The notes below the pieces were generated by a model. The model did no database searches. It was not told the DNA's origin and worked only from the letters and a program-made list of their open reading frames with translations. From positions 31,496,001 through 31,560,000 of the forward strand of contig OZ296658.1 of assembly GCA_965655095.1 (NCBI GenBank): a stretch of DNA of 64,000 nucleotides. The letters are read 5' to 3'. The position numbers were made by a program, and so were the translations under genes. The DNA is from Haplodiscus bocki. Lineage: Eukaryota. Of the stretch, positions 23,863 to 33,590 are shown piece after piece (the first letter of the stretch is position 1; the number at the start of each line of letters is the position of its first letter).

Positions 23863-26800
23863 AACAGTCTACGCCAGCGGGTCTTAGCGCAGACATGAAT
23901 ACAGACAATGGCCCACAACAAACTATTATTTTAAATTCGGTGGTCGACCCTCGTAGTGTTTTTGTTGCTATTCAGGTGTGTGATAAATTATTCGAAGCAG
24001 TCTGTGACTGCGGGGCAAGTGTTTTTTGTTTAAGCCCAGCCATTTTCGAAGATTTGCGGAAGACAAATGGGATTCAATTGAACAAGTGCAACAAGCACCT
24101 CAAGGCTGCTAATGGTCTACCTATCGGCGTTAAAGGGATTATCAGAGTCCCCCTTACGTTTGGAAACAAACATTACGAACATGAATTTCATGTGTTAGAG
24201 AACACTGAGACCGACTGCTTATTGGGACTAGATTTCCTGGAAAGTAATCAATGTGATCCTCTGTTTTCTCGGATGGAATTGAGACTCGATCCAAGCCATT
24301 CCGTTCGGATGTATCACAAAACTTTTGACTATCACACCAATACGGTCTTTCGAGTCGTAGCGACCGAAACTACCCTGGTACCAACAGGCCACACCAAAAT
24401 CCTTCCAGCACACATCCCAAATTGGAAGCGACCACCCGTCACCCTCAATGCTGTCTTCGAGCCCCAAAGCAAATTTTCAACTGAAAACGTATTTTCTGTT
24501 CCCAATATTTTGTTCAACTACTCCGAGGAAGTTATTCCAATTGCTTTAGAAAATAAAGCAGATACAGACGTGACTATTTACAAAAATACAACGCTTGGAT
24601 TCTCTGAAGTTATTCCGGATGGATGGTTGAATGGTATCAGCCCCATGCCGAAACCCCTTCCCGTCACTCAACTCAGCAAGTACGACCTGCGCCACGTTAC
24701 CCAGGCAATTGATTCCAGCGTCCCACCGGACTGCCAAAACAAGTTCCAAGATCTTGTTCATGAATATAAAAATGTTTTCTCAAAAAGTGAATGGGACCTT
24801 GGCAAGTGCGATGCAATAACACATAAAATTGAAGTTTAACCCGGTGCCAAACCAGTGAAGCTCCCGAACCGACGAATGCCCTTGCACTACAAGCAGGACT
24901 TGCAGGATAAGCTGGACGTTTTCTTAGAAAAAGACTTGATAGCCCCTTGTCACAGCACGTATAGCGCCCCCGCCATGTTGCTGCCCAAGAAAAACGGAAA
25001 ACTACGCCTCGTCATAGATTACCGCCAGCTTAACAAACAAACAATCAAGTCTAGCTGGCCGATTCCATCAATAGAAGAAATTTTCGACACGTTAGAAGGA
25101 AGCTCCTTCTTTTCTACAATCGACATGTCTGCAGGTTTTTATCAAGTCCCAATGGACACAACCAGTCAGAACTTCACCGCTTTCAGTACTCCTTTCGGTT
25201 CCTTTAAATGGCTTCGAATGCCAATGGGTCTCACGGGAAGCCCAAATACTTTCCAGAATCTGATTGAAAACATTTTGCTCGGCCTCACGTGGAAGTCATG
25301 TGTACCATACTTAGACGATTGCATCATCTTTTCGAGGACCCCAGAGGAACACGTTTCACGACTCCGTGAAGTTCTTCAACGCTTTCACAATGCTAATCTG
25401 GAAATTAATCCTGCAAAATGTTCCTTTTTTCAAACAAAAGTGCAGTTTCTGGGTCACATTGTCAGTAAAGACGGCCTCCAAGTTGACCCCGAAAAAGTTG
25501 ATGTCGTAAAAAAGTTCCCCATTCCGAAAAATCAAACTGAAGTCAAATCATTCCTGGGACTGGCATCCTATTATAGGCGCTATGTCTCTAATTTCGCCGC
25601 CATCGCCCGCCCTCTCCACAAGGCGAGTGAAACTTCCTCCGTGTTCTCTTGGACTGAAGAAGCCCAGGACGCTTTCGAAACCCTGAAAACCCGTTTAACA
25701 TCCACCCCCATTTTGGCCCTTCCGTGTCTCCAACAGCCTTTTATTTTGTACACAGATGCAAGTCAGTTTGCAATGGGAGCTGTCCTCGCTCAAGTACAAG
25801 ATGGTATGGAAAAAGCCATCTGTTACGCTTCCAAAGCACTTTCGAAGTCGCAGACAAAATATTCAGCAACTCGTCGCGAACTCCTTGCCATCGTAACTTT
25901 TACCAGACATTTCCGTCACTACCTGTTGGGACGGAAGTTTACGATCGTAACTGACCATAGGGCACTCCAATGGCTTCACACTTTCAAAGACCCGGACGGG
26001 ATGACCGCCCGTTGGTTGGAAAAATTAGCGTCGTTCGATTACACGGTTCGCCATAGGCCAGGGACGTCAATTGGTCATGCCGATGGCCTCTCAAGAGTCC
26101 CTTCTCATGAAGTAAATGTTGTTGCACAAAATAGCAGCGGAATTGAGCACCGAAACCAAGATGAAAGCAACCAGTGGGAACATTCCACTATGACACAAAA
26201 GAATGGTGACGACCATGCATCCACCAGTTCCGAGGAATGGCCTAACCGAGAAAACCCGCGAAATTCCCAATTTTCGCCAGACATTCTGAGTGCGCCACTT
26301 CGTTACCAAGAGATCATTGGCGACTTGTTCCATTCCACTGACTCCCTCGCCCATTGCGTCTCTGCCGACTTCAAAATGTCAGCCGGCATAGCGCGCAAAA
26401 TCCGGAGAAATTTTTCGACGAGCTATCCCATCAATTTGGATCATAGATTGAATCCACTGTGGCCGCAATGGATACCCAGCCAGAAAAGATACATTTACCA
26501 TTTGATTACCAAACAAAAGTTCCATAACAAGCCAACTTTTGGAACCTTGCGCGCCTCCCTCGAACGTATGCGGACGCATGCGGAGGAGAATGGAGTTCGT
26601 CAAATCAGCATGCCCTGCATTGGTTCCGGTCTCGACAAACTCGAATGGAACGTGGTTCGACAACTTATTCAAGACACATTCAGGACATCACCGGTTGCCA
26701 TCATTGTATACCTTAAAGAGGAACTGGGGTCAGCGCCATCACCGCAAGCAACCGCAGCCGCTAATCCGTTAGTCCGAGCGCAGCAAACTGACGAAAGCTT

Positions 26801-28511
26801 GAGACATGTCCGAGAATGGATTCGAAAAGGATATACACCCCGACACAATGACTTACAAGGCCTGCCTCGTCTAGGATGGCAAATGTATAACCAATTGGCA
26901 AGCCTTTACCTCCATGAAGATGTGCTTTGCCGAAAATTTGAACCCCTCGACGGCAGTGAGCCTTACCTCCAACAAATTATCCCTTCCGCCTTAGTCCCCG
27001 AAATTATTACATCACTCCATGACTCAGCTACAGCAGGATATTTGGGTACCTACAAGACGATAGAGAAAATACGACAACGATATTACTGGCCAGGATTTAA
27101 GGAGGACGTCAAAAAACATATTCGCTGTTGCGATCGCTGCCAAAAGCGAGCAGGACCTCCAAAGACACACCGGCATTCTCTCACCGACTGGCCGGTTAGT
27201 TACCCGTTCCACCACATTGGGTTGGACTTTCTTGGACCCCTTCCGATATCCAATAACTGTCAATATGTTTTGTTAATTGGTGATCACTTCACCAAGTGGT
27301 ACGAAGCTATTCCACTGCCCGATCAACGAGCTGAAACCACAGCCGACGCTTTACTAAACCACTGGATTTGTCGCTTCGGCTGCCCTCATAGCATACATAC
27401 CGACCAAGGTCGCAACTTCGAATCCGATCTTTTCCAGCAATTAATGCGACGATTAGAGATCAACAAAACTCGGACTACGTCCTTCCATCCTCAGTCCAAC
27501 GCTGTTATTGAACGAATGAACCGAACATTGTTGAATATGCTGTCGAAGTGTATAGATCAGAACCAGTCGGATTGGTCCACATTGCTACCGTTTGTTTTAA
27601 TGGCTTACCGATCATCGGTTCATGAATCCACAGGATTCACCCCATACTTTCTTGTGTTTGGACATGAAATGTCATTGCCACTCGACTTAATGTACACACC
27701 TCCTGAACACAGTGAGCCATCGTCTCTGAAAAAGCAGGTGTTAGAGCGACAAGAGGCCATTCGCAAAGCGTTTGAGCTAGTCCGCCGAAACACTACTGCT
27801 CAACAGCTCCGACGAAGTGCCTTGTATAATCGTAAAGTGCACGGACCAGTGTACAAAGAAGGTGACTGCGTTCTCCTTCATTACCCCGTCACCCCACCGG
27901 GTTGTAGCCCCAAGTTATCTAGCCATTGGCGCGGTCCTTACCGCATCATTAAATGCCTCAATGATGTAAACTACAAAATCGAAGAAATAGGCATTGGAAA
28001 GCAACTCATTGTCCATTATGATCGACTCAAACGGTACCATGGTGTCGTAGCTCCTACATCAATAATTCCCGAGCGTAACCCGATTTCCAAAAATGTTCCA
28101 ACCAGTACACAATCTACACGGTTTGACCACTCTGAATGTGAGTATATGACCTTTCCAACAACTTCATCTCTACCTTCTGCCCCTTCCAAGTCTTTTTACC
28201 GTCCACAGCCCATCGCCACGCCCATACCCGCTTCCCCTCGGCGCCCCTTGCCGCAGGAGTTCCCACCAACACCCTCGGCACCTCTGTCCTCTCACGATTC
28301 TTTCAACGCATCCACCCTTCCAGCCTGTTCCCCGTCCGCTAGTGGCAAAACGCCGCTCTCTGGAGTTACTCCAAAGGAGAGCTCCATTCCGACATCTGGC
28401 CGTCGAAGTATACAATCTGGCGAGCTACCGCCGTCAACACCTCCTGGTCCGTCCGGAAACGAAGCATCTTACTTCCACTCCACTTCCCCTTCTCCCCAAA
28501 CTCCACTCTAG
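23829..28511 (+). CDS. pol: pol polyprotein: aspartic protease, RT, RNase H, TARG1-like macrodomain, integrase; one in-frame TAA at 24837-24839
   Basis: PR: AVCDCGAS..LLGLDFL. RT: LRLVIDYRQLN, MPMGL, YLDD (25308-25319). RNase H: LYTDAS, RELLAIV, TDHRAL. IN: H..(Y)..CDRC, GLDFLGP, TDQGRNFES, NAVIERMNRTL, GPY. ORFs 23829 and 24855 are in the same frame. Confidence 0.95.
23853..23914 (+). promoter_or_regulatory. Candidate -1 ribosomal frameshift signal (G TTA AAC + stem-loop/pseudoknot)
   Basis: Heptamer 23853-23859 directly before the gag stop; pro-pol is in the -1 frame; stem 23867-23874/23887-23894 after a 7-nt spacer; loop GGGTC can pair with GGCCC 23910-23914. Confidence 0.7.
26298..26714 (+). 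other. TARG1/OARD1 (C6orf130)-class macrodomain inserted in frame between RNase H and integrase
   Basis: GDLF..TDSLAHCVSADFKMSAGIA..RYIYHLITK..KPTF..LRASLERMRTH..NGVRQISMPCIGSGLDKLEW..IIVY follows human OARD1 motif by motif (GDLF..DSLAHCISED.RMGAGIA, YIYYLITK, MPRIGCGLDRLQW). Confidence 0.92.
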
Positions 28512-28819
28512 ACTCTGTTATTGCAAGAGCCTCGAGGCACCTGAACGACCGTTTTCTTCGGGAACCTCCCCCACCATCCACAAGAGAATTGCGCGCTACT
28601 ACCGTGGCACAGCGCAAAGCGGAGCCACTCTGCAAGGCCCGCCTGCCCCCAAACGTTAACGCATTTTTCTCCCCTCGAAAGTCCAAATACCGCAATCGAA
28701 CCAAGCACCTCTAACCCACACTAACATCTAAACAGCCAATGCCATCGCCAAGTGATCTTTGAGTTTTGTGTTTCTTCAGGACACGCAACACACCAAAGAC
28801 GTCGACGAACATATTAGCG

Positions 28820-31162
28820 ATGGTCCTACTATTCGCTCTTACTGATATTGTTTTCACGGACGTTCAATTCACTACCCATTTAAGCGATGCATTGGACAAG
28901 CCAGTCTTCAAAAAAGGTGCAGCGTTTGTTTTCAAATACCAAGCTGTGACGCCCGAAAGTGAGAGTAAGGTTCGTGTGTTTTCACCGTTCCCCAAGATTC
29001 CGGATATCAATTTAACCGATGCCTATACAATTCTTCAAACACGAGGCCACACCGATTCGATGAATGGCATGGATACAGTCAAACTCTGTCGAACAGAGCG
29101 CATGGGTACCCTTTACGACCAACTATTCGACCAGCTGGAGGAGAAACTTTCCTTGATACAAAGAAAAATCGATGCTGCACACACAGATCAGAATCAACTA
29201 GTAGAGGTGGCCTCGTCCTTCTTGCCACCATCTATTAAGCCGGACCATGGAACAGCCCGTAGTAAACGCGCTGTGGGCATAATCGCAGCGGCCGCTGGTG
29301 CCGCCGGACTGGTTCTTGGAAGTCCAGTCAAAGACGCTGCATGTTCAGCGCTCTCCATCTTTAATCTATGCACAGACAACAAGGACCTAGAAGAAAATGT
29401 TGACCACGTCATGGCGACTCAGAAACAATTTCAAGCTGTGTTGGAAAGAGTACAGACAAAAAACGATGAGAATTTTTTTATTCTGGGGAATGAAATTAAA
29501 GACACACAGGAAAGTGTACAGAAAATAACGGAAATAGTTGGTGGCCAATTAAAACTCCTGCAAACGGAGTTGCTTCACATCAAAGGCGTAATTGCTTCAA
29601 TATCAGTATGTAACGTACACTTCACACAGAACATGATTTTCATGCAACAGATCCGCGACTACGTGGATCACTTGGGAACTCTGTACACACACATAAAATC
29701 CTACCGAGCCGCTTTTTACGCTTACAAAATTGCGCTCTTCTCCACAATCTCGTCACTTGCAGCTGGCTACGTCACCCCACAATTTCTACTTCCTTCCCAA
29801 TTGGCCACAATAGTAAGTGAGCTCGCCAGCGACGAGATCTTCAGAGGGACCAAACTCTCCCCAGCGATTCGCGCAGGACAAGAAGCCATTTACTACGAGA
29901 TCCAAATGGTTTTGGAAGTCTCCCTCCTTTCCCGAGGCATCTCGGTAGTCCTTGGAATTCCCATGAACTCAAAAAAACCTTTCAACGTTTTCCAGGCTAC
30001 CCCCCTTTATCAGCCCAACGATGACGGTGACACTGCTTCTATATATCACTTCTCCAACTCACTTCTCGCAGTCTCCACTGACAATAAACGTTTCGCCGAA
30101 CTTGACGCCTCAAGCCTTCAACAATGTTCGGGTAATAACCGTATCCAAATTTGCAGGCAGGGATTTTCTACCACTACTGACGAAACACTTCTTTGCTTAC
30201 CTTCATTGTTTTACAATTACGATATTCCATCCCTGAGAAATTGTAAAGTGGAATCTGTTCTTCTGCCCGATGCACCACAAGCATTTTATTTAGCAGACGG
30301 CATGTATCATATTATCTCACGAGATCCCAACATCCAGATGAAAAACGATAGTGGTGCCGCAGGTTTCTCCATTTCATCATTATCATGTCAAGCGTGCCTT
30401 GTTCGCCCAAGTTGTAGCAGCAAACTTTCTTTCAATCAAGGGGACCTAGAATTGGTTCCTGACATGGATTTTTGTAAAAACAATCCAGAGCCATTGCTGG
30501 CTACGATCGAACTTACCCCCTCCCTTGATCAAATTTTCAAGCAAGTACCGAACGCAACTCACAAGTTTCACACCTATTCTATTGCTGAAGCACGGCAGTC
30601 CGTTTTGAGCACCGTCCGTCTTGAATTAGCAGAAATTCCGAATGTCAAACGCATGTCTCCGGAAACTCTTGCAGATCTAACTCGCCCCATTGCTAAGTAT
30701 TACTCGTCCATCTCACCGGCCACATCAGCAGCTCTTTCCTCATATCTCCCCACTCGAACGGCTGTCCTTTTTTCTCTGATTTCTGTCACGTTGTCTCTAC
30801 TCACTTTCTGTATTAGCTTCACCCTCTTTCGTCGACAATGGACACGTCTGTTTGCTCATCCACAGCGCTTCTTCCGTGGAACATCTGGTCGTTCTCTCCA
30901 CATTGTGGAAGACTCTCAGCCCACTGCTTCTGATACCTCCTTTCTGTACTTGTCAGTAACCGAGTTCAAGGCTCTACAGGCTCTTGCCAGAGAAGCTCTT
31001 CACCGTACTAGTCTAAACGTTCCACTCACTCCTCCTGAAACTATTAACATTACTAACAACCCTACTAATAACACCCCGATCGTTTCAGCCCCTGTTACTA
31101 ACGTTCCACAACGTGCATACCCCTTAATTAGCGCCCCTATTTACAGTGCCCCATCCAACTAA
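28820..31162 (+). CDS. env: Envelope glycoprotein, class I F-type fusion protein (intact)
   Basis: Signal-like MVLLFALTDIVFT; furin site RSKR (29258-29269) followed by fusion peptide AVGIIAAAAGAAGLVLG; heptad-repeat helix; Cys-rich region; TM AVLFSLISVTLSLLTFCISFTLF; cytoplasmic tail. Acceptor-like gtttcttcag ends at 28779. Confidence 0.88.
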   Translation: MVLLFALTDIVFTDVQFTTHLSDALDKPVFKKGAAFVFKYQAVTPESESKVRVFSPFPKIPDINLTDAYTILQTRGHTDSMNGMDTVKLCRTERMGTLYDQLFDQLEEKLSLIQRKIDAAHTDQNQLVEVASSFLPPSIKPDHGTARSKRAVGIIAAAAGAAGLVLGSPVKDAACSALSIFNLCTDNKDLEENVDHVMATQKQFQAVLERVQTKNDENFFILGNEIKDTQESVQKITEIVGGQLKLLQTELLHIKGVIASISVCNVHFTQNMIFMQQIRDYVDHLGTLYTHIKSYRAAFYAYKIALFSTISSLAAGYVTPQFLLPSQLATIVSELASDEIFRGTKLSPAIRAGQEAIYYEIQMVLEVSLLSRGISVVLGIPMNSKKPFNVFQATPLYQPNDDGDTASIYHFSNSLLAVSTDNKRFAELDASSLQQCSGNNRIQICRQGFSTTTDETLLCLPSLFYNYDIPSLRNCKVESVLLPDAPQAFYLADGMYHIISRDPNIQMKNDSGAAGFSISSLSCQACLVRPSCSSKLSFNQGDLELVPDMDFCKNNPEPLLATIELTPSLDQIFKQVPNATHKFHTYSIAEARQSVLSTVRLELAEIPNVKRMSPETLADLTRPIAKYYSSISPATSAALSSYLPTRTAVLFSLISVTLSLLTFCISFTLFRRQWTRLFAHPQRFFRGTSGRSLHIVEDSQPTASDTSFLYLSVTEFKALQALAREALHRTSLNVPLTPPETINITNNPTNNTPIVSAPVTNVPQRAYPLISAPIYSAPSN

Positions 31163-31446
31163 CTCTTCTCAAACATGTGTGACTTCCTTTTATCTATCAC
31201 CTCTTCACTGAGCATCTTCACCTGAATTTATGTAGAACTGAGATGGCGTTTCCGCGTCTCTAGTGAGCAGATCTCCTCTGTTTCTGCACATGGCATGTTT
31301 CCGTGCCTTCTTTTCCGTTGCTCAGTTTTGCGAACACGTTTCCGTGTTTTCAATAAATATCATATGTTTCCGTATGTCTCTCCTTCTGAAGCCCCCCTTT
31401 TTTTTCAATCCATGTGATCGAACGGTAATGTTTTGTTTTTTTTAGG

Positions 31447-32526
31447 TCTTATTTCAACTTCTTCGAACGACCCCAACAATCGTTGCCTGTACTGACTAGC
31501 TCGGGACGATTCCACTCTGTTGCAGTCAATGACCATGTCTTCTTGGTTGAAGATTTACAATATCGGGTGACAAAGATCTTTCCCGTGGAAGGTAGCGTTC
31601 GGCTCCAAAAGATCAATTGTCGTGATTGCCCCTTCAAGCGCTCCTTGAAGCAAATCTGGTTGCCACCCCCTGTCACTTGTGAGGTCTCAGTAACGGCCGA
31701 TTTGCCTACGGCCAACTGCTTCTGCCCCGAGCCCATGCCTCCTCAAATTCTACCTGACAATTCTGATTCCGCTGTGCAAGTGGATTTGCCTCAACGTGAT
31801 GCGATGGATGAGTGGGTTTCCTTGATGACGGACTACTCCTCCGTCGACAATCTCGAACAGGCTGTTTCCGAGGCTCGCAAACAGCTCGAACAGTCGCAGC
31901 AGCAACTTCGATCCACTCAGCAAGCAGAAGCCGCTTTGCACTCTCAAGTTGCGTCTTTGACTACGGAAGTAGAGCATCTTAGGTCCCGTCTTCAGGATCT
32001 TACTGCCACCCACAATGATCTGATGAACCACTCTATGGCACAACTTGAAACAATCGGTTCACTGCGCAGCCAGCTCACGAACAAATCGTCGAATGTTGAA
32101 CCCATATTACGCCTCTTACGACAGTTACTCCTAACCCTACCCACCGACTTCGACGATGACCTGACACCGGATGACACGTTGTATCACTTCCTTTGCTGTG
32201 CGCCTGATGCCGACACCGCCACACTTTCCGGGAATGCTAACTTGTTGTTGAAATGCTTACACCCGGACAAATCCCCAACACCTGAAGACCCTCTGGTACA
32301 AGCAGCCGGCCGCCTGGTGACTTTAATCACCCTGATAAAGCGGACACTCACCACTCCAGCCCTCCGTCAGGTCTACAATCATTGTGGACTGGAGGGGCTG
32401 CGCCGTCTTCTGAAAGGCACTCTACGATGCCCGCGATGTACCCCGAGCGCACCCAATGGGTTTCCCGCGCCCCAAGGACGTCTCGAATATCCTCAATTGG
32501 AACTGCTACTCAATTACGGCACATAG
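31447..32526 (+). CDS. Accessory ORF: Cys-rich N-terminus, coiled coil, C-terminal DnaJ-like J-domain (HPDK)
   Basis: Frame is open from the acceptor-like ttttgttttttttag (AG 31444-31445). 32179-32400 reads LYHFLCCAPDADTATLSGNANLLLKCLHPDKSP..LTTPALRQVYNHCGLEGL, versus J consensus YY.ILGV...A....IKKAYRKLA..YHPDKNP..LSDP.KR..YD..G.EGL. Confidence 0.8.
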   Translation, partial: SYFNFFERPQQSLPVLTSSGRFHSVAVNDHVFLVEDLQYRVTKIFPVEGSVRLQKINCRDCPFKRSLKQIWLPPPVTCEVSVTADLPTANCFCPEPMPPQILPDNSDSAVQVDLPQRDAMDEWVSLMTDYSSVDNLEQAVSEARKQLEQSQQQLRSTQQAEAALHSQVASLTTEVEHLRSRLQDLTATHNDLMNHSMAQLETIGSLRSQLTNKSSNVEPILRLLRQLLLTLPTDFDDDLTPDDTLYHFLCCAPDADTATLSGNANLLLKCLHPDKSPTPEDPLVQAAGRLVTLITLIKRTLTTPALRQVYNHCGLEGLRRLLKGTLRCPRCTPSAPNGFPAPQGRLEYPQLELLLNYGT

Positions 32527-32698
32527 GCTCATGCAGTCGTACAGCCGGCTTCGTTTGGTGGGATCGGTTGTCCTCATGCCCCAACCCCTTTTTTCTTGTT
32601 CAGTCTTGTGTGCTTTTGTCTGGGCTTGTAATGTGAGATGTCTTCCTTTCTTAGACAGCGTTTTGTTTTCAGCTTCTCGCGTGGACCAGTCCTGGACA

Positions 32699-33307
32699 AT
32701 GCACATCTTTGGTGCTAGTTCTCTAGCTGCCGCTGTGAACACTCTTAATGGTGGTGTCTTCAAACGGAGACGTTCTCTCACAGCTATTCCTGGACTTCAC
32801 CTAGTACAACGCTCTGCCCGTTTCCCCTGCAAAACAGTCCAGTACCAGCTCCGTAAACAACGCCGTCTACACAAACATACTTTAAATTTCCAAATCGTCC
32901 TCTGGCATGACACAATTAATAATTCAATTACACCGCACTCCTCTAACTTCTACAACCCATTAAGTCCCCAAGAACTTGTTAAAGCACTCCGCGCTCTTCC
33001 TTGTCCCGTCTCCGCCATAGTCTACTGTCACCGGACTAACTCTCCTCCAATTTTTGATCTACTCAGACAAAACTTCTTGACCGTTCATGCCGCCAAACAC
33101 CTTTTATCACACCGCAAACTGAAGAACAATGCCTTACTTTGCAAATACAGTGAACTCCATTTGGACATCTCGTTGGAAATCAGGATGTTCTTCTTAATAT
33201 CTAAACACATCAGTGACCTTCGTCAACTCACTAAGAAAAAATCGCGACTCAACAACAAGCGACGACGCTCACGTTTCCGCAAACAACAAGTCCAACAGCC
33301 AACGTAA
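32699..33307 (+). CDS. Accessory ORF: SGNH/GDSL-hydrolase-like fold with basic C-terminal tail
   Basis: ATG 32699 after an acceptor-like site (AG 32671-32672); HIFGASS, AIPGL, VLWHDTINN and ELHL occur in the order of SGNH blocks I, II, III and V; tail KKKSRLNNKRRRSRFRK. Confidence 0.55.
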   Translation: MHIFGASSLAAAVNTLNGGVFKRRRSLTAIPGLHLVQRSARFPCKTVQYQLRKQRRLHKHTLNFQIVLWHDTINNSITPHSSNFYNPLSPQELVKALRALPCPVSAIVYCHRTNSPPIFDLLRQNFLTVHAAKHLLSHRKLKNNALLCKYSELHLDISLEIRMFFLISKHISDLRQLTKKKSRLNNKRRRSRFRKQQVQQPT

Positions 33308-33590
33308 CCTCCACAGATTCAACTTCACAATCGCCACAAGGATCTACATACCGGTTCACCCCACAAGACGCTTCTCTGCTGCAGTCACCGCCATACTTAA
33401 CCTCCCGCTCCTAACAGTACACCATCTTCTTCCACTTTACCAAACCCCTTTCTTCTTCTTGTCGGCTCTGTTGCCTTCTGGTTGCTCCTCTTTAGACTCC
33501 TTCAGTGGTGGTCTTCGAGGGGTCACTGGCTGGACAACAGTCCCGGCTTTCTTCCATTGCGAGGACGCAATCTAACAGCAGAGGGACTGT

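Noticed and set aside
24340-24610. Possible dUTPase between protease and RT
   Set aside because: Beta-rich spacer resembles the dUTPase-like linker common in Gypsy pol, but no catalytic dUTPase motifs are visible.
24228-32781. Numerous short antisense and overlapping ORFs in element B
   Set aside because: Shadow frames of the long sense ORFs with no motifs.
33588-33590. TGT as canonical start of LTR B
   Set aside because: Absent at the 5' LTR, where TSD CAAC directly abuts TATAAC.
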